A model generated the notes under the pieces. The model ran no database searches and was not told where the DNA came from. It was given only the letters and a program-made list of their open reading frames with translations. A DNA stretch of 40,467 nt from Promethearchaeota archaeon. GTDB lineage: Archaea > Asgardarchaeota > Lokiarchaeia > Sigyniarchaeales > SOKP01. The stretch spans positions 44,802 to 85,268 of the forward strand of contig JBHLOC010000021.1 of NCBI GenBank assembly GCA_048940925.1. The letters run 5' to 3'. The position numbers and the translations under genes are program-made. Positions 31,012 through 39,955 of the stretch are shown piece after piece (within the stretch, counting starts at the first letter, position 1; every line of letters starts with the position of its first letter).

Positions 31012-33480
31012 CTAAGTTTTGGTAATATTTATCTTACTAAAGAATAGTTTATCTTTTTGTTTAAGAATCATAGGTTCACCTACAATTGTAAATTTGCCTT
31101 TTAACTTCATATCTTTCCGAGCAAATAAGTCTTCCCTAAGATCTAATCGCCCTGAATCAAAATTTGAATGAACACTCCCTATATACACATCTATAGTTCC
31201 TGGTTCTACAATAAAATTCATGCTTTCATTATAAAATCCAAGTTGTTTCATAGAGATTAGAAAACTAACTCTTACAACCTCATCAGGTTTTAGAGTTATT
31301 CGCTTGAACCCAAATAATTCTTCCACTGGGCGCGTAATAGTGGCTTCACGATCATGTAAATATAATTGTACTACTTCATCACCCTCAATTTTACCTATGT
31401 TTTTAAGGTCTAATGAAATCTCAACAGTTCCATTAATATCTACTTCTGATGGATTAATTTCTAAATTACTAAATTCAAACTGAGTATAACTTAACCCAAA
31501 TCCAAAGGGAAATAAAGGTTCTGTATTTTCTTCTACATAATTCCAAGTCCACACAGAAAGATTACCTGTAGGTTTGTTATTATGAAACACAGGAATCTGC
31601 CCTGTATTTCGCGGAATTGATATCGGTAATTTTCCACCGGGATTATAATCACCGAATAACACATCAGCAACAGCATTTGCTCCCTCTTCCCCAGGGAGCC
31701 ATGCTTCTATAATTGCGGGGATATGCTCTTTTTCCCAAAGAATTGATAAAGGACGTCCATTGATTAAAATTAGAACTATCGGTGTCCCAGTAGAATATAT
31801 TTCACGAATTAACTCTTCTTGGACTCCAGGTATGGTCAATCTATCACGATCTCGACCCTCTCCGCTCGTACAATCCAATGTCATTCCAGATTTTCCCCCC
31901 ATAACAAGGATGGCAACTTCAGATTCTTTAGCCATTTCTATCGCATTTTTAAAATCACTTCTATCATCTCCGAGAATTTTACATCCCTCTGTGTAAAAAA
32001 TGTTAGTTGTAGTGGATATTTTTTGTTTAATTGCATCCAAAATACTTTTAATATTGTATGTCTTTCGAGCAAACAAATCTTTATCTTCACTTTCAATTAT
32101 ATCTTTAAAAAATGCAGCTGCTTCTTTATCAAGATCACGAATTCCAGTAATACTGGTTGCTGAAGCTTCAAATTGGCTTAAAAAGGAATAATCTCCCAAT
32201 AGATTGCGCACAGTATTAGCATTTGGTCCTATAACAGCTATATTTTTTAAATTTTTCTTAAGAGGCAAAAGATTATTCTCATTTTTTAATAATACTATGG
32301 ACTTTTGAGCAATATTTCTTGCAAGTGCTTTGGAGCTTGGGTTTGAAAATATCTCCGTTATTTTTTCAATCTTCTCTTCTACATATGGATTTTCAAATAA
32401 ACCAAGTTCGAATTTTTTTCTAAGAATTCGTGCAACTGAACGATTTACCACATCTTCACTTACTTTACCTTTTTTTATAGCTCGTACAAAACCATTTCCA
32501 TACCCTGCAGTTCTAGGCAATTCGACGTCTAATCCCGCATTGATCGCAAGAATTGCTGCGTCAGTAGGATTAAAAGCTACTCTATGCAATCTACAAGCAA
32601 GCTCAATTGTTACATAATCTGATACAACAATTCCAGTGAATCTATATTTATTCCTTAGAAGATTGGTTAATAATTCATGAGAAATACCACAAGGAATTCC
32701 ATCAATTTCATGATAAGCATTCATCACTGAACCCATATTAGATTCCTTAATTGCAACCTCAAATGGTTTTGAAAATATTTCTAATAATTCTCGCTTAGGT
32801 ACAAACGCAGGAGCCCAGTTTCTACCTCCTTGCGATAAGCCATATCCTACAAAATGTTTACCTGTAGCTATTACACCTGTTTTTAAGGAATCACCCTGTA
32901 ATCCCTTTATATATGTTGCTCCCATTCGAGATACAAGATAAGGATCTTCTCCAAAAGTTTCTTCTGTTCGTCCCCATCTAGGATCACGCGCAATATCAAG
33001 CACAGGAGAGAGACCCTGATGAGCACCAACTGTCCTCATTTGTTTTTTAATCTCACTCGTCATCATCTCCGCTAAATCTGGATCCCATGTAGAAGCTAAT
33101 CCAATCATCTGCGGAAACATTGTTCCATTTCTAGCACAATATCCGCTTAGGCATTCCTCATGAATAATTGTCGGAATACCAAGACGAGTTTCTTCCTTTA
33201 AGAACTTTTGTATTTCATTAGCTATTTTTACTGATTCCTGGGGTTTTACATTTAAACTTACCCCTAATCTTGAAATTTGTCCAATCCCATGACGAAGTTT
33301 TCTCTCCATTTTCTCTAAAGATAACTCATTTGATTCCATCAGATCACTTGGATAAAAAGATCCAAGTTGAGCTACTTTTTCTTCAATATTCATCTTAGAA
33401 ATTAAGTCTTCAACTCTTTCCTCAATGGAATGAGTAGGATTTAAATAAACTGGCTTATCTGTGTTCTCTTCTGACTTCAT
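31012..33480 (-). CDS. Glycoside hydrolase family 3 (beta-glucosidase/xylosidase) with Fn3-like C-terminus
   Basis: HEECLSG, RDPRWGRTEETFGEDP, KHFVGY, VVSDY (nucleophile), EGRDR, FPFGFGLSYT, EVVQLY. Confidence 0.96.
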   Translation of the reverse strand: MKSEENTDKPVYLNPTHSIEERVEDLISKMNIEEKVAQLGSFYPSDLMESNELSLEKMERKLRHGIGQISRLGVSLNVKPQESVKIANEIQKFLKEETRLGIPTIIHEECLSGYCARNGTMFPQMIGLASTWDPDLAEMMTSEIKKQMRTVGAHQGLSPVLDIARDPRWGRTEETFGEDPYLVSRMGATYIKGLQGDSLKTGVIATGKHFVGYGLSQGGRNWAPAFVPKRELLEIFSKPFEVAIKESNMGSVMNAYHEIDGIPCGISHELLTNLLRNKYRFTGIVVSDYVTIELACRLHRVAFNPTDAAILAINAGLDVELPRTAGYGNGFVRAIKKGKVSEDVVNRSVARILRKKFELGLFENPYVEEKIEKITEIFSNPSSKALARNIAQKSIVLLKNENNLLPLKKNLKNIAVIGPNANTVRNLLGDYSFLSQFEASATSITGIRDLDKEAAAFFKDIIESEDKDLFARKTYNIKSILDAIKQKISTTTNIFYTEGCKILGDDRSDFKNAIEMAKESEVAILVMGGKSGMTLDCTSGEGRDRDRLTIPGVQEELIREIYSTGTPIVLILINGRPLSILWEKEHIPAIIEAWLPGEEGANAVADVLFGDYNPGGKLPISIPRNTGQIPVFHNNKPTGNLSVWTWNYVEENTEPLFPFGFGLSYTQFEFSNLEINPSEVDINGTVEISLDLKNIGKIEGDEVVQLYLHDREATITRPVEELFGFKRITLKPDEVVRVSFLISMKQLGFYNESMNFIVEPGTIDVYIGSVHSNFDSGRLDLREDLFARKDMKLKGKFTIVGEPMILKQKDKLFFSKINITKT

Positions 33481-33605
33481 ATCATCTCAACTTAACATGA
33501 AAATTTCCTAATTTCCTTTATAAAAAAAATAGTATCTAACTTAAAAAAATTAAGAGAAAAAAATTCTAAAAATGAGGTTAGTAAAACATCCAATTCTATT
33601 ATGTA

Positions 33606-34472
33606 TCAATTAAATTCTTTAATAAGCATTGAAAAATCCTTCTCTTTTTCTGAAGCCTTTAAAAGAGCAAGAATTTCATCTAATTCTTGGATACTTTTTA
33701 CACCTGGAACAGTTGTTGAGACACTAGTATGAGAAAGAGTATAATTCAAACATTTTATTGGAGTAATATTTTTAGGAATCTTTTTTTTCAAACTAATCCC
33801 ACCACTTTGATATTTTGCGATAGTTACTGTCCTATTTGTCTGAAGCAGTTTTCCACCAGCAAAGGGTTTAATAGCTACCAGTCCTACTTTATTTTTTACA
33901 CATTCTTCTAAAAATTCTTCTCTTCCGGACATAGCATGATTTGCAATATTAATTTGGTGCATTATCACATCAAAATGTCCACTCTTAACTGCTTTTAATC
34001 CTATAGAATTATTATGCGTACTCAACCCGATAAATTTTGCCTTTCCTTCTCTTTGTAGCTTTTTTGCTATATCTAATAATCCTCCTCTAGCTATTAATGA
34101 TTCATATTCCTTTTCTTTAACGAACTGTAAATTAATAATATCTATGTAATCCCTTTTTAATAAAGACAATGAATTTAATATCGCTTTTTCACAATCTCTG
34201 ACATTACGAGTTCTTCGAACTTTTCCCTCATATTCTATTGACCCTAAATGACATGCAATTATCACCTCATCTCTATGGTCTTTAATCCCTGCACTAATGT
34301 TTTCGATATATTCAGAAACATTGAAAACTAGATCAAAATAATTTATCCCATTTTTTATTGCCTTTAGGATTACAGAAATAACAGTTTCACGAGGTTGATG
34401 ATATAAATATTCGGTTCCTAAACCAATCTCACTAACCTTTAATCCAGTTTTTCCTAATACACGATAGTTCAT
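33606..34472 (-). CDS. Aldo/keto reductase family protein
   Basis: YRVLGKTGLKVSEIGLG, GINYFD, IGLSTH, KPFAGGKL, VPGVKS. Confidence 0.9.
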   Translation of the reverse strand: MNYRVLGKTGLKVSEIGLGTEYLYHQPRETVISVILKAIKNGINYFDLVFNVSEYIENISAGIKDHRDEVIIACHLGSIEYEGKVRRTRNVRDCEKAILNSLSLLKRDYIDIINLQFVKEKEYESLIARGGLLDIAKKLQREGKAKFIGLSTHNNSIGLKAVKSGHFDVIMHQINIANHAMSGREEFLEECVKNKVGLVAIKPFAGGKLLQTNRTVTIAKYQSGGISLKKKIPKNITPIKCLNYTLSHTSVSTTVPGVKSIQELDEILALLKASEKEKDFSMLIKEFN

Positions 34473-34600
34473 GTTTCATATCAAATTTTAATTTAATATT
34501 AAGTTAATGTTGAGTTCAAGTTTTAATTTTAAATATTATTTAAAAAGTGATCTGGTATAAAGAATTTTTATAAAAGAAAAAAAAAATAATTTTTATAGAA

Positions 34601-34900
34601 TTAACTTATTGCTCCTAGAAAAGTTGCAAGAAGTACAATTATACCCCCTATTAAGCTCGCAAAAACTATTAAAAGTATTCCTAAAATCGCTAGAAAAACA
34701 GGTGTATAAGGTATTGGTTTAACACCTAATCCAATAGCTAAAATAGAAAATATTATTGCTAATACACCACCTATGAGGCCAAACCCATAAGGTAAATATT
34801 CTATTCCTATTATATGAACAATAGCTTCAATTAAAGCAATAATACCTCCAATTATAGCCATAATACGCATTGTTTTATCTGTTTCCTGCACTTCACCCAT
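34601..34900 (-). CDS. Small Gly-rich membrane protein, 3-4 TM
   Basis: 99-aa hydrophobic ORF with an internal GG-I/V-I/L repeat; GTGAG upstream of the ATG. Confidence 0.8.
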   Translation of the reverse strand: MGEVQETDKTMRIMAIIGGIIALIEAIVHIIGIEYLPYGFGLIGGVLAIIFSILAIGLGVKPIPYTPVFLAILGILLIVFASLIGGIIVLLATFLGAIS

Positions 34901-34933
34901 AGTTGCTCACAAACTATTTTTATTAATTATTAA

Positions 34934-34993
34934 TTAAAAAGAAGATCAACAATACTTAAAAACTTATAAAAATGAGTAGATGATTATTTTAAT
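34934..34993. repeat. Copy 1 of a 60-bp promoter-like direct repeat
   Basis: Ungapped 47/60 match (counted by hand) to 36562-36621; contains TTAAAAACTTATAA (BRE/TATA-like). Confidence 0.8.
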
Positions 34994-35015
34994 AACTGTT
35001 TAATATCATTAAATT

Positions 35016-36470
35016 ATGTCATTAAAGCAACTTCAATTATTAAATAAATCACTGAAATCAGCTAATTTATCTAGATTCAAAGAAATTTTCAATCTATACA
35101 CAGAAAATAGAAGCTTACATTTGTCAGAATCACTAAATTATAAAAAATTTAGAGATCAAATTGAAAAATCTTATTATTTTGCTCTCTCTAAATTCCTCGC
35201 TTTATTTAGATTTGATGATTTTAGTGAACTTTTTAATTACTCTGATAAATTAGGGATTTTCATAGATGTTAAAAAAATCCCAAACCGATTTCAAATTATC
35301 TGTGACCTACATTTAGATGGCATTCAAAGAGGATTAATAGGTAGGATTTTTGATATTATTAGGTTTTTTAATCAATATAATTTATTTGAAAGAGATTTTA
35401 CTGAAGCAGAACTAGAAGAACTCGAAGAAATAAAAAAAGATAAACTGCTTATAGAGAATTTAAAAGATTTATTTGGCAAGCTTTCGAATTCATTAATTTT
35501 TTATGCATGTAAAATTATGCCTTATGATCTTTATAAAATATATGTGGAACGTATTAATTATTATTCTTTAAACAGTCTTGAAAGAACTGAATTAGGAGAT
35601 ACATCCAATCTAAATTTTTTAAAACGATGGACTGATCGTTATTCTATTTATGGTTTAAGTGTAGAAAACTTAGGGGATTCAATAAGTTTTGCTAAATACT
35701 GTAAAAAACAGCATGAATTAAATAAAAACAGAGCAACCTTTAATAATGTACAATTACTTAAAATTAAGTATCGTAACAGAATACACCTGGTCTCAATTAA
35801 TAATCTGTTAAAAAATTATGACAAGATAATTGAGAATAAAGCAAATTATAATTTTTATAGTCTATCAATGGTTCTATTAGGAGGATTAGGTCCCCAAGGG
35901 CATGGTTTTACTTATTCGACACCCCGAGGAGAATTGATAGAAATATGTAGTGATATAAAAGAGAATGAGGCAATAATCATAAAATACAAGCAATTTTTAA
36001 AAGAACGTTTTCTCTCGAAAATGAATAAAGAATTATATAAAAAGGGTATTGATGAGATTACAGTACGAAAATTGGAAGAATACCTCTCAGATGTCATAAA
36101 TGATAAGCAAAAGATTAGTTTTTTTAACAAGGATGAAATTGTTAATCATATTTATGAATTTTTGAGCATATCAAATGATAGAATCTATAAAAATGATTCA
36201 GAACTGTTTAATTTAATAACAGAAATCTCAGATGTTATAAAAATAATCCTTAGACCGATACATATGATTGATCAATTTATATGTAGAATGAATTTAGTTG
36301 ATGAAGACGTACTCAAATCTGAAGAAATCGCAAAATTAACCAGTTTGGAAGGAAAATCCCATTTTGACGTTTTAAGAGAAAGATTTTTCTTTCAAAATGA
36401 AGTTTATTGGTTTTTTAAAGACTATTCTAATGAAATAAATGCACTTGAGAAAAAATTTCTATCACTTTAA
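35016..36470 (+). CDS. Uncharacterised protein, tandem paralog A
   Basis: 484 aa, collinear with 36689..38215; GGLGPQGHGFTYSTPRGELIEICSD and AKLTSLEGKSHFDVLRER. Confidence 0.88.
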   Translation: MSLKQLQLLNKSLKSANLSRFKEIFNLYTENRSLHLSESLNYKKFRDQIEKSYYFALSKFLALFRFDDFSELFNYSDKLGIFIDVKKIPNRFQIICDLHLDGIQRGLIGRIFDIIRFFNQYNLFERDFTEAELEELEEIKKDKLLIENLKDLFGKLSNSLIFYACKIMPYDLYKIYVERINYYSLNSLERTELGDTSNLNFLKRWTDRYSIYGLSVENLGDSISFAKYCKKQHELNKNRATFNNVQLLKIKYRNRIHLVSINNLLKNYDKIIENKANYNFYSLSMVLLGGLGPQGHGFTYSTPRGELIEICSDIKENEAIIIKYKQFLKERFLSKMNKELYKKGIDEITVRKLEEYLSDVINDKQKISFFNKDEIVNHIYEFLSISNDRIYKNDSELFNLITEISDVIKIILRPIHMIDQFICRMNLVDEDVLKSEEIAKLTSLEGKSHFDVLRERFFFQNEVYWFFKDYSNEINALEKKFLSL

Positions 36471-36490
36471 TCTTTAAAGAGTAAATTTAT

Positions 36491-36557
36491 ATCGAAGAGG
36501 GGTGATTGAACCCCCAACCAATAATTTATCGCTAAGACATTAAGCATCCTCTTTGAT
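36491..36557 (-). ncRNA. tRNA-Pro-derived tRNA-like element (pseudo-tRNA or ncRNA)
   Basis: Minus strand TGGTTGGGGGTTCAATCACCCCTCTTCG resembles the tRNA-Pro 3' end TGGTCGGGGGTTCAATTCCCCCCTCTCCC. Bounded by the inverted repeat atcgaagagg (36491-36500) / cctctttgat (36548-36557). No anticodon arm. Confidence 0.65.
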
Positions 36558-36561
36558 CTTC

Positions 36562-36621
36562 TTAAAAAGTAGATCAGTTCTGTTTAAAAACTTATAAGAA
36601 TTAAAAGATATTTATTTTAAT
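36562..36621. repeat. Copy 2 of the 60-bp promoter-like direct repeat
   Basis: 47/60 identity with 34934-34993; begins 5 nt beyond the tRNA-like element. Confidence 0.8.
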
Positions 36622-36688
36622 CAAATTAAATAATGATCATCAACACTACTAGTTTAAATATTTCAATAATTCCCCATTACTTATAACC

Positions 36689-38215
36689 ATGCTATCATCC
36701 CAATTTCAAACAATTATTAAGACCTTAAAATCAGGAGATATCCCTAAATTTATAAGAATAATCGACCAATTTACAGAACATGAACCGAACAACCTTACAA
36801 ATTCGAAGTATTATAATAAATTTAGAGCAGATCTCGAAAAAGCTTACTATGAAGCGCTATCAAAACGTCTTAAATCGATGAAAAATGATTTTGTCAAGGG
36901 GAAAAAGGATGTTTCTCAACTTCTTAATTATTCTGATAGATTAGGAATTTTTATTGATGTATCTAATGTTGATGTTGAGGGAATCATCAGTGAATTACAT
37001 ATAGATGGTCTTAATAAGGGAATCAGAAGTAGAATTATTGAACTTGTTAGGTTTTTTAATAAATACAATTTATTTGAGAGAAATTTTACTGTAGAGGAAT
37101 TAAAAATAGTTCAAGAAATAAAAAAGAATGATAGACTACTTGCCGTTAACTTAAAAGATTTATTTGGGACAGTTTCGGATTCATTGATTTTTTATATCTG
37201 TAAAGTAATGTCCTATGATTATGTGAAATGGATTAAGGATAGGTTAAAAAATCCTCGTGGTTATGGGTATTTAATGAGACCAAACTCTTTAAGAAATTGG
37301 ACTGATGGATATGTAATCTATGATTTAGTTGTTCGAAATTTAGGTAGTGTAGAAGAATTTATAGAAAAGGTTGAAGCTAAACAAAAGTTAGACAGTTTAA
37401 ATGGGGGCATGATACTATTAGAATTTAATCCACGCTTTATTTATAATACTATTGAAAATCGTATTATGCGTATATTGCGCGAAAAACATATTGTATATCC
37501 AAAAAATATAATACAAAATAAGGAAAAAATCTTAGATAAAGATAATTATAATTTCTATAGTCTTTCAATGGTAATTTTTGGGGGATTAGGACCAGAGGGT
37601 TACGGATTTACCTATTCTACTCCTAGAGGTGAAGTGATCGAAATATGTTCTGATCAAAAAGAAACTGAAGCTATCATTATAAAATTCAAGCAGTATTTGA
37701 TGAGAAGGTTTTTAGATAAACTTAAAAAAGAAATGGCTAATTTAGGCATAAACCTTAACATTAGAGAAAAAGTAATCAAGTATTTATCAGATGTTATTAA
37801 TCCTAAAGATATTGTTAGTTATTATAATAAAAATTCGATTGTAAGAAAAATAAAAAATTTCTTGCTTCGAATAGATGAATTTCAGCGTGTGGAACAATCA
37901 AAATTAGAAGCAATCATAGATAAAGTTTCATTTGCTGTTTCTGTAATTCTCAAGAAGATAAAACTTAAAGATCAATTCATTACACGGATGGAATTAGTAG
38001 CTAATGGAAAATTAAAATCTGAAGATGTGGCAAAACTCACAAGTTTAAGAGGAAAATCCCATTATGACGTCTTACGGGAAAGAATGTTTCTCCAGAACAA
38101 ACCTAAATGGTTTTTTAAAAACTATCCAAAACAAATAAATGAACTTGAAAGAGAATATCAGAAGAAATTGAGAGAGTTCAATGCAAGAGAAAGAGGAGTA
38201 ACTTTTGACTACTGA
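36689..38215 (+). CDS. Uncharacterised protein, tandem paralog B
   Basis: 508 aa; GGLGPEGYGFTYSTPRGEVIEICSD and AKLTSLRGKSHYDVLRER; convergent with tRNA-Pro. Confidence 0.88.
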   Translation: MLSSQFQTIIKTLKSGDIPKFIRIIDQFTEHEPNNLTNSKYYNKFRADLEKAYYEALSKRLKSMKNDFVKGKKDVSQLLNYSDRLGIFIDVSNVDVEGIISELHIDGLNKGIRSRIIELVRFFNKYNLFERNFTVEELKIVQEIKKNDRLLAVNLKDLFGTVSDSLIFYICKVMSYDYVKWIKDRLKNPRGYGYLMRPNSLRNWTDGYVIYDLVVRNLGSVEEFIEKVEAKQKLDSLNGGMILLEFNPRFIYNTIENRIMRILREKHIVYPKNIIQNKEKILDKDNYNFYSLSMVIFGGLGPEGYGFTYSTPRGEVIEICSDQKETEAIIIKFKQYLMRRFLDKLKKEMANLGINLNIREKVIKYLSDVINPKDIVSYYNKNSIVRKIKNFLLRIDEFQRVEQSKLEAIIDKVSFAVSVILKKIKLKDQFITRMELVANGKLKSEDVAKLTSLRGKSHYDVLRERMFLQNKPKWFFKNYPKQINELEREYQKKLREFNARERGVTFDY

Positions 38216-38333
38216 TAAATAGATGGTTCTTCTTCCAAAATGAAATTAACTGATTTTCTAAGAATTATACTAAAGAGATAAGAAAGTTTGAGGATTAGTT
38301 TTCAATTTTTTAAAAATATAATAAATTGATGTA

Positions 38334-38437
38334 TGGGAGAGGGGGGAATTGAACCCCCGACCACTCGGCCCCCAGCCGATTCTATTTGGTGAGATAAATT
38401 CTCACCAATGTATCATACCAAGCTAGACCACCCTCCC
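38334..38437 (-). tRNA. tRNA-Pro(GGG) with a 30-nt intron (38380-38409) at position 27/28
   Basis: Acceptor GGGAGGG/CTCTCCC, T arm GGGGG-TTCAATT-CCCCC. Removing 38380-38409 restores the anticodon arm CTCGG-CT GGG GG-CCGAG and gives 74 nt. Confidence 0.93.
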
Positions 38438-38647
38438 TTCCAGAAACAGGTGCATCTCAAAAAAGATATTTGTAAACAAGAGTTCTAAATAGAATCTGTA
38501 TTATTAAGAATCATAAATTCTATTTATTTTTAATTATCATTAGAAAAAATGAGAATAATTCAATAATTTATTCTAATAATTTTTAAATTATTTTGAGAGT
38601 TTACTTTATTAAATTCTATTTTATATTTTTCTTTATCAATTAAAATC

Positions 38648-38944
38648 ATGCGTTCTAGAAAACCATTCATTATTTTTTGGCCTCAATATTTCGATGCAAA
38701 AAGAAGTCGAAGTAGAGGTAGGCGTGTACCTAAAAAATTTGCGATTGATAAAATTACACTTAATGATATCTTTAAAGCGGCTAATAATTTAGGTTATAAT
38801 GCTCAGATTGAAAAAGGATATAGATATTCTAGAACGTGGTGGGGAGATCCAGGAAGGGTTTTGATAGACACGAAGGGAAAGCAAAAGTCAAAAGTTTTAT
38901 TTGAAGTTGCTAAAGAAATTAGAAAAATTCAATCAAAAACTTAG
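38648..38944 (+). CDS. srp19: Signal recognition particle 19 kDa protein
   Basis: IFWPQYFDAKRSRSRGRRVPK, YSRTWW..PGRV, KSKVLFEVA. Confidence 0.95.
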   Translation: MRSRKPFIIFWPQYFDAKRSRSRGRRVPKKFAIDKITLNDIFKAANNLGYNAQIEKGYRYSRTWWGDPGRVLIDTKGKQKSKVLFEVAKEIRKIQSKT

Positions 38945-38954
38945 AAATCGAATT

Positions 38955-39326
38955 ATGCACGAGTTTTCATTTGCTTACAGTATTTTTAAAGTAGCTGAAA
39001 CCACAGCCTTGAAATATAATGCGAAAAAAATAACTGAAGTTCTTCTTGAAATTGGAGAATTAACTCTCATTGTACCTGAACTTCTTGAACGCTCCTTTGA
39101 AATGGCTACAAAAGGATCAATCGCTGAAGGAGCAAGATTGAACATCAAAATGCTGCCCGGAAAGATCAAATGTAGAGAATGCGATACAATTTCAGAAGTA
39201 TCTATAACAAAGGAAGCACAATTAACAGGATTACAATTATTTCAATGTTCTCATTGTGGGAGCAACAATACTGAAATAATTGAAGGGAAAAAAGCTAATG
39301 TTAAGAATATTAAAATCCAAGATTAG
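38955..39326 (+). CDS. hypA: Hydrogenase maturation nickel metallochaperone HypA
   Basis: The MHE N-terminus fixes the start at 38955; IGELT, CREC...CSHCGS, I.EGK. Confidence 0.95.
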   Translation: MHEFSFAYSIFKVAETTALKYNAKKITEVLLEIGELTLIVPELLERSFEMATKGSIAEGARLNIKMLPGKIKCRECDTISEVSITKEAQLTGLQLFQCSHCGSNNTEIIEGKKANVKNIKIQD

Positions 39327-39397
39327 TTCTTAAATAGGTAAAATCCATAATTTAAGAGTGTCATAAATATCAACTTTAAGTAAAAGAAAATTTAACT

Positions 39398-39775
39398 CTA
39401 GATAAGAACTCCATTTAACAAGCCATGCTGACCGGGTCTACTAGTAATTCTAGCATTCCCTAATTCCGTTTCAACAACAGCTCCTTTTGTTAGCACATGT
39501 CTTCGATTCAAATCTTTTGAAGCGGCATTACTTTCAAATCCCAGGATCCTAACTTTTGAAGTTTTGTTTGTATTAGGGTCAGTTACATTGATATAATCTG
39601 TTGAAAATAACCTGATTTTTCTATTTCCCCCTAATGTCCTTTGTGGTTTCTTCTTATAAGGACCTATGAAAGTATCAATAGTAGGTCGTTCAAGTTCTCT
39701 TTTCCTTTTCTTCCTAAAGTGTCTATACTTTTTCCCAGTATACTTCCGCTTACTACGCGCATGACTTCGTGCCAT
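39398..39775 (-). CDS. rps8e: 30S ribosomal protein S8e
   Basis: RKYTGKK, KKRKREL, RTLGGN.K, LTKGAVVETELGNARITSRPGQHG. Confidence 0.98.
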   Translation of the reverse strand: MARSHARSKRKYTGKKYRHFRKKRKRELERPTIDTFIGPYKKKPQRTLGGNRKIRLFSTDYINVTDPNTNKTSKVRILGFESNAASKDLNRRHVLTKGAVVETELGNARITSRPGQHGLLNGVLI

Positions 39776-39955
39776 TAAATATTTACCTTGGAGAATATTA
39801 CAGATTATTATTGATAAGGAAGGATATCTTTAAAATTTTTTTAAAAAATTCAATTAAATTATGATTTATTAAAGTAAAATAAATATAGAAATATTATTTA
39901 TTATATTATATCTTTCAATTAGCTAATTATTATAGAACAAAGCGTATTTAGTATA

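Noticed and set aside
36491-38437. Provirus or integrative element bounded by attL/attR
   Set aside because: Only one gene lies between the tRNA and its remnant, there is no integrase or viral gene, and the remnant is degenerate rather than an exact repeat. Kept as a duplication/cassette finding instead.
38901-38954. N-terminal extension of HypA given in the ORF track
   Set aside because: It overlaps srp19, and HypA needs the N-terminal MHE motif, which begins at 38955.
1300-39169. Many short ORFs (60-114 aa) overlapping larger genes, e.g. 1300-1545, 5020-5223, 7763-7984, 10192-10377, 14486-15013, 22332-22547, 29578-29904, 31760-32617, 35912-36130, 38975-39169
   Set aside because: Nearly all are antisense or out-of-frame shadows inside well-supported genes, and none has a recognisable motif; 10192-10377 crosses a divergent promoter region.
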